64,000 bases of DNA from Eledone cirrhosa. Lineage: Eukaryota. Every line of letters starts with the position of its first letter. Positions within the stretch are counted from its first letter, which is position 1. The stretch spans positions 442,742,001-442,806,000 of the forward strand of contig OZ024740.1 in assembly GCA_964016885.1 (NCBI GenBank), in the 5' to 3' direction. This document shows, in pieces, positions 41,101-53,800 of the stretch. Under the pieces are notes generated by a model that was not told where the DNA came from, did no database searches, and worked only from the letters and a program-made list of their open reading frames with translations. The translations under genes and the position numbers were made by a program.

Positions 41101-42330
41101 GTGTGTTCCTGACACCCAGGGCAAGTAAACCCCGTTATATACCGAGTGTCTTCCTGACACCCAGGGTAAGTAGACCCGGTTATATACCGAGTGTCTTCCT
41201 GACACCCAGGGCAAGTAATCTCCTTTATATATCAAGTGTCTTTCAGACACCCAGGGCAAGTAAACCCCGTTATATACCGAGTGTCTTCCTGACACCCAGG
41301 GCAAGTAAACCCCGTTATATACCGAGTGTCTTCCTGACACCCAGGGCAAGTAAACCCCGTTATATACCGAGTGTCTTCCTGACACCCAGGGCAAGTACAC
41401 CCCGTTATATACCGAGTGTCTTCCTGACACCCAGGGCAAGTAAACCCCGTTATATACCGAGTGTCTTCCTGACACCCAGGGCAAGTAAACCCCGTTATAT
41501 ACCGAGTGTCTTCCTGAAACCCAGGGCAAGTAATCTCCTTTATATATCAAGTGTCTTTCTGACACCTAGGGCAAGTAAACCCCGTTATATACCGAGTGTC
41601 TTCCTGACACCCAGGGCAAGTAAACCCCGTTATATACCGAGTGTCTTCCTGACACCCACGGCAAGTAAACCCCGTTATATACCGAGTGTCTTCCTGACAT
41701 CCAGGGCAAGTAAACCCCGTTATATACCGAGTGTCTTCCTGACACCCACGGCAAGTAAACCCCGTTATATACCAAGTGTCTTCCTGACACCCACGGCAAG
41801 TAAACCCCGTTATATACCGAGTGTCTTCCTGACACCCAGGGCAAGTAAACTCCGTTATATACCAAGTGTTTTCCTGACACCCAGGGCAAGTAAACCCCGT
41901 TATATACCGAGTGTCTTCTTGACACCCAAGGCAAGTAAACTCCGTTATATACCGAGTGTCTTCCTGACACCCAGGGCAAGTAAACCCCGTTATATACCGA
42001 GTGTCTTCCTGACACCCAGGGCAAGTAAACTCCGTTATATACCGAGTCTCTTCCTAACAGCGAGGGCAAGTAAACCCCGTTATATACCGAGTGTCTTCCT
42101 GACACCCAAGGCAAGTAAACTCTGTTATATACCAAGTGTCTTCCTGACATCCAGGGCAAGTAAACCCCGTTATATACCGAGTGTGTTCCTGACACCCAGG
42201 GCAAGTAAACCCCGTTATATACCGAGTGTCTTCCTGACACCCAGGGTAAGTAAACCCGGTTATATACCGAGTGTCTTCCTGACACCCAGGGCAAGTAATC
42301 TCCTTTATATATCAAGTGTCTTTCAGACAC
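23200..42330. repeat. Central variant domain with irregular higher-order units marked by GGGTAAGTAAACCCGG and a 46-bp ATACTCTAG monomer
   Basis: The GGGTAAGT variant occurs about 18 times, only between 23201 and 42246. The CTCTAG (+1 bp) monomer is at 25339, 27590, 30786, 31867, 33308, 34254, 35335, 37316, 37362, 38173 and 40693. Confidence 0.85.
30450..35520. repeat. Higher-order duplication, offset 3468 bp (77 monomers plus 3 bp), containing 1081-bp sub-units
   Basis: CTCTAG markers at 30786/34254 and 31867/35335 both differ by 3468 bp, and the private variants GTGTCCTCCTG and AAACACCGTT are shared. The internal spacing of 1081 bp equals 24 monomers plus 1 bp. Confidence 0.85.
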
Positions 42331-43000
42331 CCAGGGCAAGTAAACCCCGTTATATACCGAGTGTCTTCCTGACACTCAGGGCAAGTAAACCCCGTTATAT
42401 ACCGAGTGTCTTCCTGACACCCAGGGCAAGTAAACCCCGTTATATACCGAGTGTCTTCCTGACACCCAGGGCAAGTAAACCCCGTTATATACCGAGTGTC
42501 TTCCTGACACCCAGGCAAGTAATCTCCTTTATATATCAAGTGTCTTTCTGACACCCAGGCCAAGTAAACCCCGTTATATACCGAGTGTCTTCCTGACACC
42601 CAGGGCAAGTACACCCCGTTATATACCGAGTGTCTTCCTGACACCCAGGGCAAGTAAACCCCGTTATATACCGAGTGTCTTCCTGACACCCAGGGCAAGT
42701 AAACCCCGTTATATACCGAGTGTCTTCCTGATACCCAGGGCAAGTAAACCCCGTTATATACCGAGTGTCTTCCTGACACCCAGGGCAAGTAATCTCCTTT
42801 ATATATCAAGTGTCTTTCTGACACCCAGGGCAAGTAAACCCCGTTATATACCGAGTGTCTTCCTGACACCCAGGGCAAGTAAACCCCGTTATATACCGAG
42901 TGTCTTCTTGACACCCAAGGCAAGTAAACTCCGTTATATACCGAGTGTCTTCCTGACACCCAGGGCAAGTAAACCCCGTTATATACCGAGTGTCTTCCTG
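38000..43000. repeat. Tandem higher-order duplication, offset 2520 then 2610 bp (56/58 monomers)
   Basis: CTCTAG is at 38173/40693 and ACCTAGG at 39046/41566 (offset 2520). The 44-bp CCCAGGCAAGT unit is at 39901/42511 (offset 2610), with two extra CCCACGG monomers near 41.7-41.8 kb. Confidence 0.9.
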
Positions 43001-46000
43001 ACACCCAGGGCAAATAAACTCCGTTATATACCGAGTGTCTTCCTAACAGCGAGGGCAAGTAAACCCCGTTATATACCGAGTGTCTTCCTGACACCCAAGG
43101 CAAGTAAACTCTGTTATATACCAAGTGTCTTCCTAACAGCGAGGGCAAGTAAACCCCGTTATATACCGAGTGTCTTCCTGAAACCCAGGGCAAGTAAACC
43201 CCGTTATATACCAAGTGCCTTCCTGACACCCAGGGCAAGTAAACTCCGTTATATACCGAGTGTCTTCCTGACACCCAGGGCAAGTAAACTCCGTTATGTA
43301 CCGAGTGTCTTCCTGACACCCAGAGCAAGTAAAGCCCGTTATATACCAAGTGTGTTCCTGACACCCAGGGCAAGTAAACCCCGATATATACCGAGTGTCT
43401 TCCTGACACCCAGGGCAAGTAAACCCCGTTATATACCGAGTGTCTTCCTGACACCCAGGGCAAGAAAACCCCGTTATATACCGAGTGTCTTCCTGACACC
43501 CAGGGCAAGTAAACCCCGTTATATACCGAGTGTCTTCCTGACACCCAGGGCAAGTAATCTCCTTTATATATCAAGTGTCTTTCTGACACCCAGGACAAGT
43601 AAACCCCGTTATATACCGAGTGTCTTCCTGACACCCAGGGCAAGTAAACCCCGTTATATACCGAGTGTCTTCCTGACACGCAGGGCAAGTAAACTCCGTT
43701 ATATACAGAGTGTCTTCCTGACACCCAAGGCAAGTAAACTCCGTTATATACCGAGTGGCTTCCTGACAACCAGGGCAAGTAAACCCCGTTATATACCGAG
43801 TGTCTTCCTGACACCCAGGGCAAGTAAACTCCGTTATATACCGAGTGTCTTCCTGACACCCAAGGCAAGTAAACTCCGTTATATACTGAGTGTCTTCCTG
43901 ACACCCAGGGCAAGTAAACCCCGTTATATACCGTGTGTCTTCCTGACACCCAGGGCAAGTAAAGCCCGTTATATACCGAGTGTCTTCCTGACACCCAGGG
44001 CAAGTAAACCCCGTTATATACCAAGTGTCTTCCTGACACCCAGGGCAAGTAAACTCCGTTATATACCGAGTGTCTTCCTGATACACCAGGGCAAGTAAAC
44101 TCCGTTATATACCGAGTGTCTTCCTGACACCCAGGGCAAGTACACCCCGTTATATACCGAGTGTCTTCCTGACACCCAGGGCAAGTAAACTCCGTTATAT
44201 ACCGAGTGTCTTCCTGACAGCGAGGGCAAGTAAACCCCGTTATATACCGAGTGTCTTCCTGACACCCAGAGCAAGTAAACCCCGTTATATACCGAGTGTC
44301 TTCCTGACACCCAGGGCAAGTAAACTCCGTTATATACCGAGTGTCTTCCTAACAGCGAGGGCAAGTAAACCCCGTTATATACTGAGTGTCTTCCTGACAC
44401 CCAAGGCAAGTAAACTCTGTTATATACCAAGTGTCTTCCTGAGACCCAGGGCAAGTAAACCCCGTTATATACCGAGTGTGTTCCTGACACCCAGGGCAAG
44501 TAAACCCCGTTATATACCGAGTGTCTTCCTGACACCCAGGGCAAGTAAACCCCGCTATATACCGAGTGTCTTCCTGACACCCAGGGCAAGTAAACTCCGT
44601 TATATACCGAGTGTCTTCCTGACACCCAGGGCAAGTAATCTCCTTTATATATCAAGTGTCTTTCTGACACCCAGGGCAAGTAAATCCCGTTATATACCGA
44701 GTGTCTTCCTGACACCCAGGGCAAGTAAACCCCGTTATATACCGAGTGTCTTCCTGACACCCAGGGCAAGTAAACCCCGTTATATACCGAGTGTCTTCCT
44801 GACACCCAAGGCAAGTAAACTCCGTTATATACCGAGTGTCTTCCTGACACCCAGGGCAAGTAAACCCCGTTATATACCGAGTGTCTTCCTGACACCCAGG
44901 GCAAGTAAACCCCGTTATATACCGAGTGTCTTCCTGACACCCAGGGCAAGTAAACCCCGTTATATACCGAGTGTCTTCCTGACACCCAGGGCAAGTAATC
45001 TCCTTTATATATCAAGTGTCTTTCAGACACCCAGGGCAAGTAAACCCCGTTATATACCGAGTGTCTTCCTGACACTCAGGGCAAGTAAACCCCGTTATAT
45101 ACCGAGTGTCTTCCTGACACCCAGGGCAAGTAAACCCCGTTATATACCGAGTGTCTTCCTGACACCCAGGGCAAGTAAACCCCGTTATATACCGAGTGTC
45201 TTCCTGACACCCAGGCAAGTAATCTCCTTTATATATCAAGTGTCTTTCTGACACCCAGGCCAAGTAAACCCCGTTATATACCGAGTGTCTTCCTGACACC
45301 CAGGGCAAGTACACCCCGTTATATACCGAGTGTCTTCCTGACACCCAGGGCAAGTAAACCCCGTTATATACCGAGTGTCTTCCTGACACCCAGGGCAAGT
45401 AAACCCCGTTATATACCGAGTGTCTTCCTGATACCCAGGGCAAGTAAACCCCGTTATATACCGAGTGTCTTCCTGACACCCAGGGCAAGTAATCTCCTTT
45501 ATATATCAAGTGTCTTTCTGACACCCAGGGCAAGTAAACCCCGTTATATACCGAGTGTCTTCCTGACACCCAGGGCAAGTAAACCCCGTTATATACCGAG
45601 TGTCTTCTTGACACCCAAGGCAAGTAAACTCCGTTATATACCGAGTGTCTTCCTGACACCCAGGGCAAGTAAACCCCGTTATATACCGAGTGTCTTCCTG
45701 ACACCCAGGGCAAATAAACTCCGTTATATACCGAGTGTCTTCCTAACAGCGAGGGCAAGTAAACCCCGTTATATACCGAGTGTCTTCCTGACACCCAAGG
45801 CAAGTAAACTCTGTTATATACCAAGTGTCTTCCTAACAGCGAGGGCAAGTAAACCCCGTTATATACCGAGTGTCTTCCTGAAACCCAGGGCAAGTAAACC
45901 CCGTTATATACCAAGTGCCTTCCTGACACCCAGGGCAAGTAAACTCCGTTATATACCGAGTGTCTTCCTGACACCCAGGGCAAGTAAACTCCGTTATGTA

Positions 46001-47720
46001 CCGAGTGTCTTCCTGACACCCAGAGCAAGTAAAGCCCGTTATATACCAAGTGTGTTCCTGACACCCAGGGCAAGTAAACCCCGATATATACCGAGTGTCT
46101 TCCTGACACCCAGGGCAAGTAAACCCCGTTATATACCGAGTGTCTTCCTGACACCCAGGGCAAGAAAACCCCGTTATATACCGAGTGTCTTCCTGACACC
46201 CAGGGCAAGTAAACCCCGTTATATACCGAGTGTCTTCCTGACACCCAGGGCAAGTAATCTCCTTTATATATCAAGTGTCTTTCTGACACCCAGGACAAGT
46301 AAACCCCGTTATATACCGAGTGTCTTCCTGACACCCAGGGCAAGTAAACCCCGTTATATACCGAGTGTCTTCCTGACACGCAGGGCAAGTAAACTCCGTT
46401 ATATACAGAGTGTCTTCCTGACACCCAAGGCAAGTAAACTCCGTTATATACCGAGTGGCTTCCTGACAACCAGGGCAAGTAAACCCCGTTATATACCGAG
46501 TGTCTTCCTGACACCCAGGGCAAGTAAACTCCGTTATATACCGAGTGTCTTCCTGACACCCAAGGCAAGTAAACTCCGTTATATACTGAGTGTCTTCCTG
46601 ACACCCAGGGCAAGTAAACCCCGTTATATACCGAGTGTCTTCCTGACACCCAGGGCAAGTAAAGCCCGTTATATACCGAGTGTCTTCCTGACACCCAGGG
46701 CAAGTAAACCCCGTTATATACCAAGTGTCTTCCTGACACCCAGGGCAAGTAAACTCCGTTATATACCGAGTGTCTTCCTGATACACCAGGGCAAGTAAAC
46801 TCCGTTATATACCGAGTGTCTTCCTGACACCCAGGGCAAGTACACCCCGTTATATACCGAGTGTCTTCCTGACACCCAGGGCAAGTAAACTCCGTTATAT
46901 ACCGAGTGTCTTCCTGACAGCGAGGGCAAGTAAACCCCGTTATATACCGAGTGTCTTCCTGACACCCAGAGCAAGTAAACCCCGTTATATACCGAGTGTC
47001 TTCCTGACACCCAGGGCAAGTAAACTCCGTTATATACCGAGTGTCTTCCTAACAGCGAGGGCAAGTAAACCCCGTTATATACTGAGTGTCTTCCTGACAC
47101 CCAAGGCAAGTAAACTCTGTTATATACCAAGTGTCTTCCTGAGACCCAGGGCAAGTAAACCCCGTTATATACCGAGTGTGTTCCTGACACCCAGGGCAAG
47201 TAAACCCCGTTATATACCGAGTGTCTTCCTGACACCCAGGGCAAGTAAACCCCGCTATATACCGAGTGTCTTCCTGACACCCAGGGCAAGTAAACTCCGT
47301 TATATACCGAGTGTCTTCCTGACACCCAGGGCAAGTAATCTCCTTTATATATCAAGTGTCTTTCTGACACCCAGGGCAAGTAAATCCCGTTATATACCGA
47401 GTGTCTTCCTGACACCCAGGGCAAGTAAACCCCGTTATATACCGAGTGTCTTCCTGACACCCAGGGCAAGTAAACCCCGTTATATACCGAGTGTCTTCCT
47501 GACACCCAAGGCAAGTAAACTCCGTTATATACCGAGTGTCTTCCTGACACCCAGGGCAAGTAAACCCCGTTATATACCGAGTGTCTTCCTGACACCCAGG
47601 GCAAGTAAACCCCGTTATATACCGAGTGTCTTCCTGACACCCAGGGCAAGTAAACCCCGTTATATACCGAGTGTCTTCCTGACACCCAGGGCAAGTAATC
47701 TCCTTTATATATCAAGTGTC
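42320..47720. repeat. Near-identical tandem duplication of 2700 bp (60 monomers), with a partial third copy at ~48.3-49.7 kb
   Basis: Markers at 42511/45211 and GATACACC at 44080/46780, and ORF pairs 42312/45012 and 42908/45608, are all offset by exactly 2700 bp. I noticed only one substitution (CCGTGTG ~43934 vs CCGAGTG ~46634). A third GATACACC is at 48759. Confidence 0.93.
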
Positions 47721-47899
47721 TTTCTGACACCCAGGGCAAGTAAACCCCGTTATATACCGAGTGTCTTCCTGACACCCAGGGCAAGTAAACTCCGTTATAT
47801 ACCGAGTGTCTTCCTGACACCCAGGGCAAGTAAAGCCCGTTATATACCGAGTGTCTTCCTGACACCCAAGGCAAGTAAACTCCGTTATATACCGAGTGT

Positions 47900-50800
47900 C
47901 TTCCTGACACCCAGGGCAAGTAAAGCCCGTTATATACCGAGTGTCTTCCTGACACCTAGGGCAAGTAAACCCCGTTATATACCGAGTGTCTTCCTGACAG
48001 CGAGGGCATGTAAACCCCGTTATATACCGAGTGTCTTCCTGACACCCAGGGCAAGTAAACCCCGTTATATACCGAGTGTCTTCCTGACACCCAGGGCAAG
48101 TAATCTCCTATATATCAAGTGTCTTTCTGACACCCAAGGCAAGAAAACCCCGTTATATACCGAGTGTCTTCCTGACACCCAGGGCAAGTAAACCCCGTTA
48201 TATACCGAGTGTCTTCCTGACACCCAGGGCAAGTAAACCCCGTCATATACCGAGTGTCTTCCTGACACCCAGGGCAAGTAAACCCCGTTATATACCGAGT
48301 GTCTTCCTGACACCCAGGGCAAGTAAACCCCGTTATATACCGAGTGTCTTCCTGACACGCAGGGCAAGTAAACTCCGTTATATACAGAGTGTCTTCCTGA
48401 CACCCAAGGCAAGTAAACTCCGTTATATACCGAGTGGCTTCCTGACAACCAGGGCAAGTAAACCCCGTTATATACCGAGTGTCTTCCTGACACCCAGGGC
48501 AAGTAAACTCCGTTATATACCGAGTGTCTTCCTGACACCCAAGGCAAGTAAACTCCGTTATATACTGAGTGTCTTCCTGACACCCAGGGCAAGTAAACCC
48601 CGTTATATACCGAGTGTCTTCCTGACACCCAGGGCAAGTAAAGCCCGTTATATACCGAGTGTCTTCCTGACACCCAGGGCAAGTAAACCCCGTTATATAC
48701 CAAGTGTCTTCCTGACACCCAGGGCAAGTAAACTCCGTTATATACCGAGTGTCTTCCTGATACACCAGGGCAAGTAAACTCCGTTATATACCGAGTGTCT
48801 TCCTGACACCCAGGGCAAGTACACCCCGTTATATACCGAGTGTCTTCCTGACACCCAGGGCAAGTAAACTCCGTTATATACCGAGTGTCTTCCTGACAGC
48901 GAGGGCAAGTAAACCCCGTTATATACCGAGTGTCTTCCTGACACCCAGAGCAAGTAAACCCCGTTATATACCGAGTGTCTTCCTGACACCCAGGGCAAGT
49001 AAACTCCGTTATATACCGAGTGTCTTCCTAACAGCGAGGGCAAGTAAACCCCGTTATATACTGAGTGTCTTCCTGACACCCAAGGCAAGTAAACTCTGTT
49101 ATATACCAAGTGTCTTCCTGAGACCCAGGGCAAGTAAACCCCGTTATATACCGAGTGTGTTCCTGACACCCAGGGCAAGTAAACCCCGTTATATACCGAG
49201 TGTCTTCCTGACACCCACGGCAAGTAAACCCCGCTATATACCGAGTGTCTTCCTGACACCCAGGGCAAGTAAACTCCGTTATATACCGAGTGTCTTCCTG
49301 ACACCCAGGGCAAGTAATCTCCTTTATATATCAAGTGTCTTTCTGACACCCAGGGCAAGTAAATCCCGTTATATACCGAGTGTCTTCCTGACACCCAGGG
49401 CAAGTAAACCCCGTTATATACCGAGTGTCTTCCTGACACCCAGGGCAAGTAAACCCCGTTATATACCGAGTGTCTTCCTGACACCCAAGGCAAGTAAACT
49501 CCGTTATATACCGAGTGTCTTCCTGACACCCAGGGCAAGTAAACCCCGTTATATACCGAGTGTCTTCCTGACACCCAGGGCAAGTAAACCCCGTTATATA
49601 CCGAGTGTCTTCCTGACACCCAGGGCAAGTAAACCCCGTTATATACCGAGTGTCTTCCTGACACCCAGGGCAAGTAATCTCCTTTATATATCAAGTGTCT
49701 TTCTGACACCCAGGGCAAGTAAACCCCGTTATATACCGAGTGTCTTCCTGACACCCAGGGCAAGTAAACCCCGTTATATACCGAGTGTCTTCCTGACACC
49801 CAAGGCAAGTAAACTCCGTTATATACCGAGTGTCTTCCTGACACCCAGGGCAAGTAAACTCCGTTATATACCGAGTGTCTTCCTGACAGCGAGGGCAAGT
49901 AAACCCCGTTTTATACCGTGTGTCTTCCTGACACCCAAGTCAAGTAAACTCTGTTATATACCGAGTGTCTTCCTGACACCCATGGCAAGTAAACTCCGTT
50001 ATATACCGAGTGTCTTCCTGACACCCAGGGCAAGTAAAGCCCGTTATATACCGAGTGTCTTCCTGACACCTAGGGCAAGTAAACCCCGTTATATACCGAG
50101 TGTCTTCCTGACAGCGAGGGCATGTAAACCCCGTTATATACCGAGTGTCTTCCTGACACCCAGGGCAAGTAAACCCCGTTATATACCGAGTGTCTTCCTG
50201 ACACCCAGGGCAAGTAATCTCCTATATATCAAGTGTCTTTCTGACACCCAAGGCAAGAAAACCCCGTTATATACCGAGTGTCTTCCTGACACCCAGGGCA
50301 AGTAAACCCCGTTATATACCGAGTGTCTTCCTGACACCCAGGGCAAGTAAACCCCGTCATATACCGAGTGTCTTCCTGACACCCAGGGCAAGTAAACCCC
50401 GTTATATACCGAGTGTCTTCCTGACACCCAGGGCAAGTAATCTCCTTTATATATCAAGTGTCTTTCTGACACCCAGGGCAAGTAAAGCCCATTATATACC
50501 TAGTGTCTTCCTGACACCCAGGGCAAGTAAACCCCGTTATATACCGAGTGTCTTCCTGACACCCAGGGCAAGTAAACTCCGTTATATACCGAGTGTCTTC
50601 CTGACACCCAAGGCAAGTAAACTCCGTTATATACCGAGTGTCTTCCTGACACCCAGGGCAAGTAAACCCCGTTATATACCGAGTGTCTTCCTGACACCCA
50701 GGGCAAGTTAGCCCCGTTATATACTCTAGTGTCTTCCTGACACCCAGGGCAAGTAAACCCCGTTATATACCAAGTGCCTTCCTGACACCCAGGGCAAGTA

Positions 50801-53800
50801 AACTCCGTTATATACCGAGTGTCTTCCTGACACCCAGGGCAAGTAAACTCCGTTATGTACCGAGTGTCTTCCTGACACCCAGAGCAAGTAAAGCCCGTTA
50901 TATACCGAGTGTCTTCTTGACACCCAGGGCAAGTAAACCCCGTTATATACCGAGTGTCTTCTTGACACCCAGAGCAAGTAAACCCCGATATATACCGAGT
51001 GTCTTCCTGACACCCAGGGCAAGTAAACTCCGTTATATACCGAGTGTCTTCCTGACACCCAGGGCAAGTAAACCCCGTTATATACCGAGTGTCTTCCTGA
51101 CACCCAGGGCAAGTAATCTCCTTTATATATCAAGTGTCTTTCTGACACCCAGGGCAAGTAAACCCCGTTATATACCGAGTGTCTTCCTGACACCCAGGGC
51201 AAGTAAACCCCGTTATATACCGAGTGTCTTCCTGACACCCAAGGCAAGTAAACTCTCTTATATACCGAGTTTCTTCCTCACACCCAGGGCAAGTAAACCC
51301 CGTTATATACCGAGTGTCTTCCTGACACCCAGGGCAAGTAAACTCCGTTATATACCGAGTGTCTTCCTGACAGCGAGGGCAAGTAAACCCCGTTATATAC
51401 CGAGTGTCTTCCTGACACCCAAGGCAAGTAAACTCTGTTATATACCGAGTGTCTTCCTGACACCCAGGGCAAGTAAACTCCGTTATATACCGAGTGTCTT
51501 CCTGACAGCGAGGGCAAGTAAAGCCCGTTATATACCGACTGTCTTCCTGACACCCAGGGCAAGTAAACCCCGTTATATACCGAGTGTCTTCCTGACAGCG
51601 AGGGCAAGTAAACCCCGTTATATACCGAGTGTCTTCCTGACATCCAAGGCAAGTAAACTCTGTTATATACCGAGTGTCTTCCTGACACCCAGGGCAAGTA
51701 AACTCCGTTATATACCGAGTGTCTTCCTGACACCCAGGGCAAGTAAAGCCCGTTATATACCGAGTGTCTTCCTGACACCCAGGGCAAGTAAACCCCGTTA
51801 TATACCGAGTGTCTTCCTGACAGCGAGGGCAAGTAAACCCCGTTATATACCGAGTTTCTTCCTGACACCCAGGGCAAGTAAACCCCGTTATATACCGAGT
51901 GTCTTCCTGACACCCAGGGCAAGAAAACCCCGTTATATACCGAGTCTCTTCCTGACACCCAGGGCAAGTAATCTCCTATATATCAAGTGTCTTTCTGACA
52001 CCCAGGGCAAGAAAACCCCGTTATATACCGAGTGTCTTCCTGACACCCAGGGCAAGTAAACCCCGTTATATACCGAGTGTCTTCCTGACACCCAGGGCAA
52101 GTAAACCCCGTCATATACCGAGTGTCTTCCTGACACCCAGGGCAAATAAACCCCGTTATATACCGAGTGTCTTCCTGACACCCAGGGCAAGTAAACTCCT
52201 TTATATATCAAGTGTCTTTCTGACACCCAGGGCAAGTAAAGCCCATTATATACCGAGTGTCTTCCTGACACCCAGGGCAAGTAAACCCCGTTATATACCG
52301 AGTGTCTTCCTGACACCCAGGGCAAGTAAACTCCGTTATATACCGAGTGTCTTCCTGACACCCAAGGCAAGTAAACTCCGTTATATACCGAGTGTCTTCC
52401 TGACACCCAGGGCAAGTAAACTCCGTTATATACCGAGTGTCTTCCTGACACCCAAGGCAAGTAAACTCCGTTATATACCGAGTGTCTTCCTGACACCCAG
52501 GGCAAGTAAACCCCGTTATATACCGAGTGTCTTCCTGACACCCAGGGCAAGTTAGCCCCGTTATATACTCTAGTGTCTTCCTGACACCCAGGGCAAGTAA
52601 ACCCCGTTATATACCAAGTGCCTTCCTGACACCCAGGGCAAGTAAACTCCGTTATATACCGAGTGTCTTCCTGACACCCAGGGCAAGTAAACTCCGTTAT
52701 GTACCGAGTGTCTTCCTGACACCCAGAGCAAGTAAAGCCCGTTATATACCGAGTGTCTTCTTGACACCCAGGGCAAGTAAACCCCGTTATATACCGAGTG
52801 TCTTCTTGACACCCAGGGCAAGTAAACCCCGATATATACCGAGTGTCTTCCTGACACCCAGGGCAAGTAAACTCCGTTATATACCGAGTGTCTTCCTGAC
52901 ACCCAGGGCAAGTAAACTCCGTTATATACCGAGTGTCTTCCTGACACCCAGGGCAAGTAAACCCCGTTATATACCGAGTGTCTTCCTGACACCCAGGGCA
53001 AGTAATCTCCTTTATATATCAAGTGTCTTTCTGACACCCAGGGCAAGTAAACCCCGTTATATACCGAGTGTCTTCCTGACACCCAGGGCAAGTAAACCCC
53101 GTTATATACCGAGTGTCTTCCTGACACCCAAGGCAAGTAAACTCTCTTATATACCGAGTTTCTTCCTCACACCCAGGGCAAGTAAACCCCGTTATATACC
53201 GAGTGTCTTCCTGACACCCAGGGCAAGTAAACTCCGTTATATACCGAGTGTCTTCCTGACAGCGAGGGCAAGTAAACCCCGTTATATACCGAGTGTCTTC
53301 CTGACACCCAAGGCAAGTAAACTCTGTTATATACCGAGTGTCTTCCTGACACACAGGGCAAGTAAACTCCGTTATATACCGAGTGTCTTCCTGACAGCGA
53401 GGGCAAGTAAAGCCCGTTATATACCGACTGTCTTCCTGACACCCAGGGCAAGTAAACCCCGTTATATACCGAGTGTCTTCCTGACATCCAAGGCAAGTAA
53501 ACTCTGTTATATACCGAGTGTCTTCCTGACACCCAGGGCAAGTAAACTCCGTTATATACCGAGTGTCTTCCTGACACCCAGGGCAAGTAAAGCCCGTTAT
53601 ATACCGAGTGTCTTCCTGACACCCAGGGCAAGTAAACCCCGTTATATACCGAGTGTCTTCCTGACAGCGAGGGCAAGTAAACCCCGTTATATACCGAGTT
53701 TCTTCCTGACACCCAGGGCAAGTAAACCCCGTTATATACCGAGTGTCTTCCTGACACCCAGGGCAAGAAAACCCCGTTATATACCGAGTCTCTTCCTGAC

